In this document: one piece after another, positions 43,597 to 52,522 of the stretch | How positions within the stretch are numbered: position 1 is the first letter of the stretch | How the letters are laid out: the number at the start of each line of letters is the position of its first letter | Assembly: GCA_017390185.1 (NCBI GenBank) | Contig: JAFPCM010000170.1 | Span: forward strand, 1 to 52,522 | DNA length: 52,522 nt | Direction of reading: 5' to 3' | Origin: Muribaculaceae bacterium | Lineage (GTDB): Bacteria > Bacteroidota > Bacteroidia > Bacteroidales > Muribaculaceae | Program-made: the position numbers and the translations under genes | The notes under the pieces: generated by a model | What the model was told of the DNA's origin: nothing | What the model saw: only the letters and a program-made list of their open reading frames with translations | Databases searched by the model: none

Positions 43597-44103
43597 TTAT
43601 AGTGCATTTTGTTGTCGTTTCATCAGCATCGATTCGATTTGCGTTATGTCTGTGGCGTTTTCAAGGGCTGTGAAAGGTAATATTATAAACTTGTATTGAT
43701 TGTTGTCAAGAATAAGAAACAGTTGCTGTTTTAGGTGCTTTATGTCTGTTATGCGAGCCGATGATATTGTTTCGGGCTTGGGCGCGGGAATATTTTCGTC
43801 AATTGGTTCATATATTATGGCAATTTCGTTCTTGTTGATCTCAAGATGCTTGGGGAGTGTCGAATATCTTGATTCTGGAGCGAGCGCATAATAGTAAAAC
43901 ACAAACATATAAATAATGGGAAATATGACAAACATTGTCATAAAGCCGGTGTATAGAAATATGATGTCGTTGTAAACGGCAAGCAGTATCTGTGCGATAA
44001 CAGGGAATGATATCACCATCCACCATTGTTTAAGCCATTGCTTGATGACAGCGCTTGAATAGTAGCTGTGGCTTATTTTATACGTTTTTGTTGTTATTGC
44101 CAT
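43597..44103 (-). CDS. Hypothetical membrane protein (two TM helices plus small C-terminal domain, YcxB-like layout)
   Basis: 168 aa intact ORF with two clear hydrophobic helices. I see no catalytic motif. Confidence 0.5.
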   Translation of the reverse strand: MAITTKTYKISHSYYSSAVIKQWLKQWWMVISFPVIAQILLAVYNDIIFLYTGFMTMFVIFPIIYMFVFYYYALAPESRYSTLPKHLEINKNEIAIIYEPIDENIPAPKPETISSARITDIKHLKQQLFLILDNNQYKFIILPFTALENATDITQIESMLMKRQQNAL

Positions 44104-44137
44104 AAATAAAATAAGCCGGAGATTGTGTCTCCGGCTT
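44104..44137 (-). terminator. Intrinsic terminator after the DUF1015 gene
   Basis: AAGCCGGAGA-CACAA-TCTCCGGCTT hairpin on the minus strand followed by ATTTTATTT. Confidence 0.65.
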
Positions 44138-44153
44138 TATTGGTAATTGTGAA

Positions 44154-45401
44154 TTAGTCGTTGAGTTTGTGGATAACCAATCCTGAGCGGAGTTTGGGTT
44201 CAAACCATGTTGTTTTGGGCGGCATGATGTTGCCTGTGTCGGCGATGTTCATCAATTGGTCCATAGAAACGGGGTAGAGTGCGAGAGCCATAGCCATTTC
44301 ACCACTGTCAACGCGGCGTTTCAACTCGCCAAGGCCACGAATGCCACCAACGAAGTCAATGCGTTTGTCGCTACGCAAGTCGGTGATACCCAAAATGTCG
44401 CGCAAGATGAGGTCAGATGAGATGGTTACGTCAAGAACACCTATGGGGTCGGCGTCGTTATAGCGACCTTCGCGAGCTGTGAGTGAATACCATTGGCCTT
44501 CAAGGTAGAGTGAGAAATTGTGAAGGGCGTTAGGGCGGTATTCTTCGCTACCTTTGGCTTCTACCACGAAGTCGTTTTCGATGCGTGCAAGGAATTCTTG
44601 TGCCGACAAACCGTTGAGATCTTTAACTACGCGGTTGTAGTCAATGATTTTGAGGTGAGAAGCGGGGAAACATACAGCGAGGAAGTAGTTGTATTCTTCG
44701 TTACCTGTATGGTTGGGGTTTTGAGTCGCTTTTTCGTTGCCAACGAGAGCCGCAGCAGCTGTGCGGTGGTGACCGTCTGCGATGTAGAGGTAGGGAATTT
44801 CGCCAAACAAGCGAGTGATTTCGGCAATAGTAGCCTCGTCTTTAATCACCCAAAAATGGTGACCGAAACCGTCGGGAGCAACAAAGTCATATTCGGGTTC
44901 TCCGGCAGTAGTGTCGCGGATGATTTGTTCGAGAGCTTCGTTGTCGGGGAATGCAAAGAATACAGGCTCGATGTTAGCGTTGTTGCAACGCACATGTTTC
45001 ATGCGGTCTTCTTCTTTGTCGCGACGAGTTAACTCATGCTTTTTGATGCGGCCGCTCATGTAGTCTTCAACATTTGCTGCTACAACGATACCATATTGTG
45101 TGCGGCCGTCCATTGTTTGAGCATAGATATAATAGTGCTCTTTTTCGTCTTGAACGAGCCAGCCGTTTTCTTGGAATGCGTTGAAGTTTTCAACAGCTTT
45201 GTCATATACGCAAGGATCGTGTTCATCAGTGCCGGGAGCAAAGTCGATTTCGGGTTTGATGATGTGATATAGTGATTTGGCGTTGCCTTCAGCCTCTTGG
45301 CGTGCTTCTTCTGAATTGAGAACATCATAGGGGCGTGATGCTACTTCTGTCACCATTTGTTGTGGTGGACGAACGCCTTTGAATGGTTTAATCTTTGCCA
45401 T
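44154..45401 (-). CDS. DUF1015-family protein
   Basis: 415 aa. MAKIKPFKGVRP..., YIADGHHR and WFEPK blocks are characteristic of DUF1015. Confidence 0.75.
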   Translation of the reverse strand: MAKIKPFKGVRPPQQMVTEVASRPYDVLNSEEARQEAEGNAKSLYHIIKPEIDFAPGTDEHDPCVYDKAVENFNAFQENGWLVQDEKEHYYIYAQTMDGRTQYGIVVAANVEDYMSGRIKKHELTRRDKEEDRMKHVRCNNANIEPVFFAFPDNEALEQIIRDTTAGEPEYDFVAPDGFGHHFWVIKDEATIAEITRLFGEIPYLYIADGHHRTAAAALVGNEKATQNPNHTGNEEYNYFLAVCFPASHLKIIDYNRVVKDLNGLSAQEFLARIENDFVVEAKGSEEYRPNALHNFSLYLEGQWYSLTAREGRYNDADPIGVLDVTISSDLILRDILGITDLRSDKRIDFVGGIRGLGELKRRVDSGEMAMALALYPVSMDQLMNIADTGNIMPPKTTWFEPKLRSGLVIHKLND

Positions 45402-45413
45402 AATTTGTTGTCT

Positions 45414-46679
45414 TTATTTGTTTCTTTCGATTGTTTGTTCGCGGTCGGGACCGATTGATACGATTGTGATGGGAGTTTCGAGCTCGGCTTCAAGGAATTT
45501 GATATAGTCGGCAAATTCTTTGGGGAATTGGCTTTCGCTCTTGAATTGGGTCATATCGGTTTTCCAGCCGGGCATTGTCACATAGATGGGCTCAATGCCT
45601 TCTTCAATAGAGAAGGGGAAGTCGCGAGTTTCTTTGCCGTTGATTTTGTAGCCGACACAAGCCTTGATTTCGTCAAAGTCGTCAAGGACGTCGCTCTTCA
45701 TCATGATGAGTTGTGTTACACCGTTAATCATGATTGAATAGCGCAATGCAACAAGGTCAATCCAGCCACAGCGACGTTCACGGCCTGTAACTGCACCATA
45801 TTCGTGACCGAGATCGCGAATGCGTTTGCCTGTTTCGTCAAACAATTCGGTGGGGAATGGGCCACTACCTACGCGTGTGCAATATGCTTTAAAGATACCA
45901 AATACTTCGCCGATTTTGTTGGGAGCAACACCGAGACCAGAACATGCACCCGCACAAATTGTGTTAGATGATGTTACGAAAGGATATGAACCAAAGTCAA
46001 CATCGAGCAATGTGCCTTGAGCGCCCTCGCACAAAATAGACTTGCCTTCACGAAGCATTGAGTTGATGAGGTGTTCGCTGTCTACGATTTCATAACCTTT
46101 GATATATTCGATAGCATTGAGCCAGCGTTGTTCGAGTTCGGCAAACTCAGGCTTTTCGCCCATTGATTCGAGCATTGCGACGTGGCGATTGCGTGCATTA
46201 GCATATTTTTCATCAAAGTTGTGGAGTACATCACCGAGACGGATACCGTTTCGGCTCACTTTGTCGGTATATGTGGGACCGATACCTTTTCCTGTTGTGC
46301 CGATTTTAGCGCCACCTTTGGCTTTTTCGTTAGCAGCATCAAGTAATCGGTGAGTGGGCATAATGAGATGTACTTTCTTTGAAATCTTGAGGATTTCCTT
46401 GAGCTTTATGCCGCTTTCTTCAAGACCTTGGGCTTCTTCTTGGAATAATACGGGGTCGAGAACAACACCGTTACCGATAATGTTAACTTGTCCGTGTTGG
46501 AAAATACCTGACGGAATAGAGCGAAGCACATATTTCTTGCCTTCGAATTCAAGAGTGTGCCCAGCATTAGGACCGCCTTGGAAGCGTGCCACTGCATCGT
46601 AGCGAGGAGTGAGCACATCAACTACTTTACCTTTTCCTTCGTCACCCCATTGGAGTCCGAGTAACACATCAACTTTCAT
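45414..46679 (-). CDS. purA: Adenylosuccinate synthase
   Basis: LGLQWGDEGKGK P-loop, GPNAGHT, TTGKGIGP and GTTGRERRCGW-like block (VTGRERRCGWID). Confidence 0.95.
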   Translation of the reverse strand: MKVDVLLGLQWGDEGKGKVVDVLTPRYDAVARFQGGPNAGHTLEFEGKKYVLRSIPSGIFQHGQVNIIGNGVVLDPVLFQEEAQGLEESGIKLKEILKISKKVHLIMPTHRLLDAANEKAKGGAKIGTTGKGIGPTYTDKVSRNGIRLGDVLHNFDEKYANARNRHVAMLESMGEKPEFAELEQRWLNAIEYIKGYEIVDSEHLINSMLREGKSILCEGAQGTLLDVDFGSYPFVTSSNTICAGACSGLGVAPNKIGEVFGIFKAYCTRVGSGPFPTELFDETGKRIRDLGHEYGAVTGRERRCGWIDLVALRYSIMINGVTQLIMMKSDVLDDFDEIKACVGYKINGKETRDFPFSIEEGIEPIYVTMPGWKTDMTQFKSESQFPKEFADYIKFLEAELETPITIVSIGPDREQTIERNK

Positions 46680-46714
46680 GATTGAGTTTTTGGGTTTATT
46701 GTGATTATATTAAT

Positions 46715-47176
46715 TTATTTCTTTTTCTTGTTTTTGCGTTGGCATCGAGAACACACTCCGTAAACATAAATAGCGAAATAGGCCGCATTAAAAGTCGGAT
46801 AGCGTCGCGAGTCCATAGTTTTCATCAGCTCGGGATCTTTAACTTCCTTCACTTTGCCACATTGGGTGCAAATCAAGTGGTGGTGATTACCCGGGCCTGA
46901 TACTCGTTCATATTGAGCGGGCTGATTGTTGAATTGGTGTTTGCGAACCAATCCGCAGTCTACCAGCAAATCCATTGTATTGTAGACTGTGGCCTTGCTA
47001 ACATGAAAACCCTCTTGTTCGAGTTTGGCATGAAGCGAATCTACATAAAAGTGTTCAGACAATTCACACACCTGATCCAAAATGGCATATCGTTCAGGCG
47101 TGCGGCGCAGTTTCTTGCTACACAAATATTCAGTAAATGAAACTCGTGCTGTTGTCTTTAGTTTCTCTTCACCCAT
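46715..47176 (-). CDS. fur: Fur-family metal-responsive transcriptional repressor
   Basis: I start at MGEEKLK (ATG at 47176). Winged-helix VSKATVYNTMDLLV, HHHLICTQCGK and a C-terminal CSRC zinc site. Confidence 0.8.
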   Translation of the reverse strand: MGEEKLKTTARVSFTEYLCSKKLRRTPERYAILDQVCELSEHFYVDSLHAKLEQEGFHVSKATVYNTMDLLVDCGLVRKHQFNNQPAQYERVSGPGNHHHLICTQCGKVKEVKDPELMKTMDSRRYPTFNAAYFAIYVYGVCSRCQRKNKKKK

Positions 47177-47336
47177 TATGCCTACAAAGATACTACATAA
47201 TTTCAAGAAAAGTGCGATTGTGAGCAATTAATTTCAATTAAAACACACAAACATACAGTGGCATGCATTAACCGACAAAAATAAACCCGGCCGAGGTTGT
47301 ACCTTGGTCGGGTTATTATTGGGTTTATTAATCGGT

Positions 47337-49442
47337 TTATTGATTAATTCCGTCGCGTTTTAAGAGGGCGTCGATAGTAGCGTCTTGGCCACGGAATCGG
47401 CGATAAAGTTCGGCAGGATGAACTGTTCCACCCATCATAAGGATGTTTTCACGGAAAGCATCAGCCGAGGCTTTGTCGTAGATGCCGTTTGCTTGGAATA
47501 CCGAGAACGCATCGGCATCAAGAACTTCAGCCCATTTGTAGCTATAATAGCCTGCAGCATAACCGCCTGCAAAGATGTGGCTGAATTGGGGTGAGAACAA
47601 GCAAGAGTCAACAGGCTCAAACATTTCAACGGGTTTTGATGCGTTGATTTCAAATGCAACAGCATCTTCAACGGGTGCTGTGATTGTGTGCCAAGCCATG
47701 TCGACAAGACCAAAGTTGAGCTGACGGAGGCAAGCATAAGCAGCACCATATTGTGATGAAGCAATGATTTTGTCAACGAGTTCTTGAGGAATGGCTTCGC
47801 CTGTTTCGTAGTGGCGAGCAAAACCGTCAAGGAATTCTTTTTGGGTGAGGTAGTTTTCGTTGAATTGTGAGGGGAGCTCTACAAAGTCACGGTAAACCGA
47901 TGTTCCTGAAAGTGACGCATATTTTGTGTTTGCCAACAAACCGTGAATTGCGTGACCAAACTCATGAAGGAATGTTTCAACTTCATAGAAAGTGAGCAAT
48001 GAGGGCTTGGTTGCAGTGGGTTTTGTAAAGTTCATCACGATTGACACGTGGGGGCGAATGTTTACGCTGTCGGCTGTGATTTGTTGGTCTTTGAAGCCAG
48101 TCATCCAAGCACCGGGGCGTTTGCTGTCGCGAGGGAAGAAGTCGGTGTAAATCATACCGATGTATTCGCCAACAGAGTCTTTTACTTCAAATGCAGTAAC
48201 GTCGGGGTGGTATACTTCTACATTGTCAGCTTTGCTGAATGTTATGCCATAAAGTTTTGTCGCAAGGCCAAACACGCCGTCAATAACATTGTTGAGTTCG
48301 AAATAGGGACGGAGTTCTTCTTCGCTATAAGAATATTTGGCGTTTTTGAGTTTGTTTGAATAATAGCTGTAATCCCAAGCATTGATTGTTACGGGACGAC
48401 CTTCTGTTTCTGAGGCAAATTTTGTTAATTCTTCAAACTCGGCTAATTGAGCTGGACGATAAGCATCGCGCAAGCTGTTGAGGAGGTTGAACACATTCTC
48501 GGGTTTTTCAGCCATTGTGCGTTCCAAACTGTAAGAAGCGTAAGTGTTGTGGCCAAAAAGGTTGGCAATTTGGCGACGAACATCTGCAATTCGTTTCATG
48601 ACCTCAACATTTGAGTATTCACCCTTGAGGTTGCGGCCGTTGTAAAGACGATACATCTTTTCGCGCAAATCGGCACGAGAAGAGTATTTCATGAAGGCCA
48701 TATATGTGGGTTGAGCGAGAGTGAAAAGATATTCACCTTCACGACCTTTTTCAGTAGCGGCAAGAGCGGCAGCCTCAATTGAGCTTTCGGGGAGTCCTTC
48801 GAGGTCTTCGGCTGTCAGCCAAATTTCATATGTAGCAAGTTCTTTTTGAACATTTTGGCCAAAGCGAGTGGTGAGTTCTGACAATTCGGCAGAAAGTGCG
48901 CGATACTTTTCGCGGTCTTCGCCTTGAAGGAGTGCACCTGAACGCGCAAAAGAGTCATAAGTGCGTTGCAAGAGCATGCTGTCTTCGGGATCAAGGTTGA
49001 GCGATTCGCGCATGTCATACACTTCTTTGATGCGGTTCCACAAACCTTCGTTAAGTGAGATGCTTGTAGAGTGTTCTGACAATTTAGCTGATACTCTGAT
49101 TGAGATTTCCATCAACTGGTCATCGCTCAAAGCCGATGTTAAAGGGTAAAAAACATTTAACACACGGTTGAGGTCACGGTCGCTGTTTTCGAGCGCGAGA
49201 ATTGTGTTTTCAAAAGTTGGACGCGAACGTTGGTTGACAATGGCATCGATGGCCTGATTGTTGAGAACAATGCCGCTGTCGATTGCTGCCTCATAATGAG
49301 AGATGTCGATTTTGCTGAATGGCACTGTAGCGTGGGGAGTGTCAAATTCGCTGTAAAAAGGATTTTCTTTAATCTGATTTTCCATACAAGATGTTAATCC
49401 GAGTGTAACTAATGTTGTTAATGCTATGAATACTTTTTTCAT
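47337..49442 (-). CDS. dcp: M3-family peptidyl-dipeptidase (Dcp-like) lipoprotein
   Basis: I start at MKKVFIALTTLVTLGLTSC (lipobox). Zinc motif HEFGHAIH. Length and blocks are typical of M3A peptidases. Confidence 0.85.
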   Translation of the reverse strand: MKKVFIALTTLVTLGLTSCMENQIKENPFYSEFDTPHATVPFSKIDISHYEAAIDSGIVLNNQAIDAIVNQRSRPTFENTILALENSDRDLNRVLNVFYPLTSALSDDQLMEISIRVSAKLSEHSTSISLNEGLWNRIKEVYDMRESLNLDPEDSMLLQRTYDSFARSGALLQGEDREKYRALSAELSELTTRFGQNVQKELATYEIWLTAEDLEGLPESSIEAAALAATEKGREGEYLFTLAQPTYMAFMKYSSRADLREKMYRLYNGRNLKGEYSNVEVMKRIADVRRQIANLFGHNTYASYSLERTMAEKPENVFNLLNSLRDAYRPAQLAEFEELTKFASETEGRPVTINAWDYSYYSNKLKNAKYSYSEEELRPYFELNNVIDGVFGLATKLYGITFSKADNVEVYHPDVTAFEVKDSVGEYIGMIYTDFFPRDSKRPGAWMTGFKDQQITADSVNIRPHVSIVMNFTKPTATKPSLLTFYEVETFLHEFGHAIHGLLANTKYASLSGTSVYRDFVELPSQFNENYLTQKEFLDGFARHYETGEAIPQELVDKIIASSQYGAAYACLRQLNFGLVDMAWHTITAPVEDAVAFEINASKPVEMFEPVDSCLFSPQFSHIFAGGYAAGYYSYKWAEVLDADAFSVFQANGIYDKASADAFRENILMMGGTVHPAELYRRFRGQDATIDALLKRDGINQ

Positions 49443-49504
49443 AATTATTTTAGGGATTTTGTTGTTTTGCCACAAAGTTACGACTTTATTAGCAAGTCGC
49501 AAAA

Positions 49505-51718
49505 TCATTGTTTAGATGCATATTGCACTGCATCGATGATAAATGATATCATTTCGGCGTTGACGCCAAGCGAAAGTAGTGTCGATTCGTCGTTTTTGAT
49601 GCCGTTAATAAACGTGTCGATCGAGCTTCCTTCGGCTGCGATAGATTGTTTGTAGGCATCAATGGCTTTGGTGGCCTGACCGCTTGCAAGATGTAGATGC
49701 CCGAGATTCAAATAATCGGCAGCGGTAGGCTCATTGTTGATGATGCGATTGTAGTATGCAAGGCTTTGATCAAAATCGCGGTTAAGCATAAGGCACCAAG
49801 CTACCGGACGCCAAGCTCGTGTTGACTGCTCATCGAGAAACTCGGCTTTATAGTAATTGTGCAATGCTTCCTTGATGTTGTCGAGAGCGAGATAACAATG
49901 TCCTATATTTAAGGCAATTGACACATCATCGGGTCGCATGGTTTCAAGTCGTTGATAGTATTTAAGTGCTTCACCAAATTGGCCGAGAGTTTTATGGCAA
50001 GCGGCGAGATTGCGGATAGTCCATTGACTTTCGGCGTTCAGCAATTCGGCTTGTTCATATAGGCTGATGGCTTTGGATGTGTTGCCCATCTGTTGCAGAG
50101 AATAGCCCATTTTTTGGAATAGAGCAGCATGTGGACGCGAGTTTTCGGCTACAAGAGAAAAAGTGTTGTAGGCTTCGTTGTAATACTTGCGTTTGAAATA
50201 AAATTCTGCGACAATCGACAGTGTCTCAGTATCTTTCAAATTGTGCTTTAATACAGGAATGTCTATTAGGTTGGACAGCGACTTAAATGGATTGGGGAAA
50301 TCATCTTTTGCACGATATAGGTGAAAGAATCGATATAGATCTTGCACATATTTGTTGATGATGTTTTCGTGCTGTTGTGTTGCTGCTGAGAGAGAGGCGT
50401 TGCGCAGTTCGGCTACAATGATGTTTTGCGAGTCAAGTTGCGACATCATCATGGAGCGTTGAGACTCGGGAACCGATTTGAGCGACAACGCAAAAGAGTA
50501 TTTGTCGGAATTACATAAGTGTGGCGAAGAGGCGATTAATTCGGCAAACACACTGTCATGGCCCATAGCGTCGACTACTTCGGTGTGGTCGATGTGAAAT
50601 GGGAGGAACCAGTTGCTAACTGTTGAGAAGAATGAGTAAGATTTCAAGTGGGCAAATGTGCTCATAAACACATCGCTTCCGTCTTGTTGCATTTCGGTGA
50701 GTTCTTTCATCTTCTCGCCAATGCCTGAATTTTCAAGCATTTCTTGCCATTCCGGATTTTCTTCGAGCGAGTTGATGTCGATGTCCGATAGCTTGTCTAT
50801 GTTGAATTTGCCCGTTGTGTCAGGGCGGAATTTCATCATTTCGGGCAGCAACTCATCTTGCATTTTGCGAGAAACTCGTTCAGTGTCGCGAGTGCGAATT
50901 AATTGCAAGAATGCTGTGGTGACATCTTTGTGCCACGATGGCATTTCGGCCAATGATTTGAGCTGGTTGACGATGCGTGGATTGTTAATGCGTGAGTGGT
51001 GTCGGCTCATGATTATCATTGCCGCACACAACGCAGTGAGTGCAAGTGTTTTGTCTTCTTGCTGGTAAGCGGAAAGCAACAATTTCAATCGCGCGTCTTC
51101 ATAATAGTCAAGTGCTCCAAGCAACAACGCTGAAATTAACAGCTGTTTGAAATGCGAGGGTAATGCCTGTGATTGTAGTGCTTGTTCAATTGCCGATGTG
51201 TCGTCGACAGAGAGTGGATAGGTCGTCCACACTCTGTTGAAAATGTCACTTTCTAATCGCTCGTTATTTATTGACGCATCACGCCTATTTGTTGTGTTTT
51301 GTGATGAATCGGTAATAAGATTATATAGCGATGATTGCGATAGGCTGTGGGTGTATCGTTCAATGAGTTGGCCGATGTTTCCCACTCGTTGCATTTCCAG
51401 CAATCGCAATGTTGAGAAATAGACTTTTGATGAAGAGTCGTTTTTTAATGATTTGCGAGCCATGCGGTCGACGCAGCGGTATATTGAATCGATAATACCG
51501 TTGTAAACATCTTGTCGTGACGGGTCTTCTATGCCGTCAAGGGCATAACGCAACATCATGAGGTATGACTCTTCGAGTCGTTTTACCTCATCGGTTAATT
51601 GCCAATCGCCCAATTCTTCGGCCCAATTAGTTAATTGGTTGAATGTATTGTGAAGATGCTTTTGACGAGCATCTGCGACTATGAGTTGTCTTTTATTGTA
51701 TATTTCTTTATCGGTCAT
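49505..51718 (-). CDS. Large cytoplasmic protein with a ~500 aa N-terminal region of unknown function and C-terminal TPR repeats
   Basis: 737 aa intact ORF. The last ~230 aa show repeated TPR-like A..Y.....A/L helices (YNEAYNTFS, AISLYEQAELL, ALKYYQRLE, ALHNYYKAEF, AIDAYKQSI). Confidence 0.65.
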   Translation of the reverse strand: MTDKEIYNKRQLIVADARQKHLHNTFNQLTNWAEELGDWQLTDEVKRLEESYLMMLRYALDGIEDPSRQDVYNGIIDSIYRCVDRMARKSLKNDSSSKVYFSTLRLLEMQRVGNIGQLIERYTHSLSQSSLYNLITDSSQNTTNRRDASINNERLESDIFNRVWTTYPLSVDDTSAIEQALQSQALPSHFKQLLISALLLGALDYYEDARLKLLLSAYQQEDKTLALTALCAAMIIMSRHHSRINNPRIVNQLKSLAEMPSWHKDVTTAFLQLIRTRDTERVSRKMQDELLPEMMKFRPDTTGKFNIDKLSDIDINSLEENPEWQEMLENSGIGEKMKELTEMQQDGSDVFMSTFAHLKSYSFFSTVSNWFLPFHIDHTEVVDAMGHDSVFAELIASSPHLCNSDKYSFALSLKSVPESQRSMMMSQLDSQNIIVAELRNASLSAATQQHENIINKYVQDLYRFFHLYRAKDDFPNPFKSLSNLIDIPVLKHNLKDTETLSIVAEFYFKRKYYNEAYNTFSLVAENSRPHAALFQKMGYSLQQMGNTSKAISLYEQAELLNAESQWTIRNLAACHKTLGQFGEALKYYQRLETMRPDDVSIALNIGHCYLALDNIKEALHNYYKAEFLDEQSTRAWRPVAWCLMLNRDFDQSLAYYNRIINNEPTAADYLNLGHLHLASGQATKAIDAYKQSIAAEGSSIDTFINGIKNDESTLLSLGVNAEMISFIIDAVQYASKQ

Positions 51719-51799
51719 AATTGTCGTTGTAATCTGTAGGTAATAACAACAAATTATGTGCCAAACATTATCTTTGTTGACCTAGTGATTGCAAACTGC

Positions 51800-52426
51800 C
51801 TAATTAATGGTTTCGGCGTTACGTTCGATGAGGTTTGCCGCTAATGTGTCGGCCGAATGGATAAGACTACTTAACGGGCAACGATCGCGAGCTACATTGA
51901 GCGACTTGGTCATTTCATAGCTTTGGAATGGGAGGTCCCATGCCGACATGTGCCATCGAATTGCTGTAACCTCATCGTCTTCGAGATACATGCCGCTGCG
52001 CAATATCATGATTACAGATTTTTCGCCGTGACCAATGGGGAGGTCAGAATAATCTACCTCAAATGTTTCGTATGTTTCATTCGCACCGATAGCGTCGCGT
52101 TTTCGGCGTGTAACTTTGCGATATATGCGGCTTTTACACACATCGTGCAAGAGGCTTGAGATGATAATACCATCCATGGGCAGACGAGGTTTCAAGTCGG
52201 GTCGGCGGGCAATGATTTGCTCGCGAAGCATCACAGCCATTTCATACACATTGAGCGAATGCTCGGCAAGACCGCCTTCGTAGTTGAGGTGTTGATTTGA
52301 CGATGCAGGTGCAGTGAAGAAGCCCCATGCATCAAGGTCTTCAATGATATATTCTACGCCGTCGCGTTCGGTAGATTTCAATAGCTCGACAAATTTTTGT
52401 CTGTTTTGTTCGATTGTGTTGCTCAT
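51800..52426 (-). CDS. HD-domain phosphohydrolase (208 aa)
   Basis: GGLAEHSLNV, SSLLHDVCK (HD dyad) and GHGEKS blocks. Confidence 0.7.
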   Translation of the reverse strand: MSNTIEQNRQKFVELLKSTERDGVEYIIEDLDAWGFFTAPASSNQHLNYEGGLAEHSLNVYEMAVMLREQIIARRPDLKPRLPMDGIIISSLLHDVCKSRIYRKVTRRKRDAIGANETYETFEVDYSDLPIGHGEKSVIMILRSGMYLEDDEVTAIRWHMSAWDLPFQSYEMTKSLNVARDRCPLSSLIHSADTLAANLIERNAETIN

Positions 52427-52483
52427 AATGAGTTTTAGTTTAGTAGCATTAAATGATAGCTGATAAAATGGTTAAACTTATTC

Positions 52484-52491
52484 CAAATTTA
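52484..52491 (-). promoter_or_regulatory. -7 promoter box (TAAATTTG) for the HD gene
   Basis: Exact TAnnTTTG on the minus strand, 58 nt upstream of the ATG at 52426. Confidence 0.4.
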
Positions 52492-52522
52492 GCCAAACAT
52501 TTCAAAATCTACAAGTCCGGAA

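Noticed and set aside
47283-47313. Hairpin AACCCGGCCGAGG-TTGTA-CCTTGGTCGGGTT downstream of dcp as its terminator.
   Set aside because: On the minus-strand RNA relevant for dcp the stem has two A-C mismatches. It pairs well, with G-U pairs, only on the plus strand, where there is no gene to terminate. I left it uncalled.
1-52522. CRISPR arrays, restriction-modification, toxin-antitoxin, retron/DGR or other known defence modules.
   Set aside because: There are no regularly spaced direct repeats and no reverse transcriptase, methyltransferase, cas-like or typical toxin motifs in any frame I read. The repeats present are the promoter module and the paralogous genes described above.

Overview
This 52.5 kb window reads as a chromosomal stretch of a Bacteroidota (Bacteroidales-like) genome. 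Exact TAnnTTTG -7 promoter boxes sit 20-90 nt upstream of most first genes. The gene content fits that phylum: bamD-rpoZ pair, DUF4250, DUF1015, and Porphyromonas/Prevotella-style T9SS C-terminal sorting signals. I call 42 protein-coding genes, one RNase P RNA, two pseudogenes, several intrinsic terminators and a set of promoter boxes. About 80 percent of the window is ordinary housekeeping: NDH-2, tsaC, S15, bamD, rluD, tex, comEC, aroE, rnpB, radC, nspC, a UvrD-type helicase, ftsH, rsfS, purA, fur and dcp. I found no CRISPR array, tRNA, rRNA, intact mobile element or recognisable defence or toxin system. The only clearly accessory stretch is about 7.35-18.6 kb and has two parts. (1) A visibly AT-rich islet holds two tiny orphan genes, a decayed ParB-like gene and a duplicated ~50 bp promoter/hairpin module. 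(2) An SGNH (GxDLY-type) esterase gene is followed by three tandem paralogues of the poorly characterised GHL10 glycoside-hydrolase-like family. Two of these are ~1115 aa multidomain proteins ending in T9SS sorting signals. The middle one is short and interrupted by a 1-nt frameshift. Each paralogue has its own duplicated promoter and terminator. This cluster is the best candidate for under-described biology here, but its function is inferred, not demonstrated. All family assignments come from reading motifs by eye; no searches were run.
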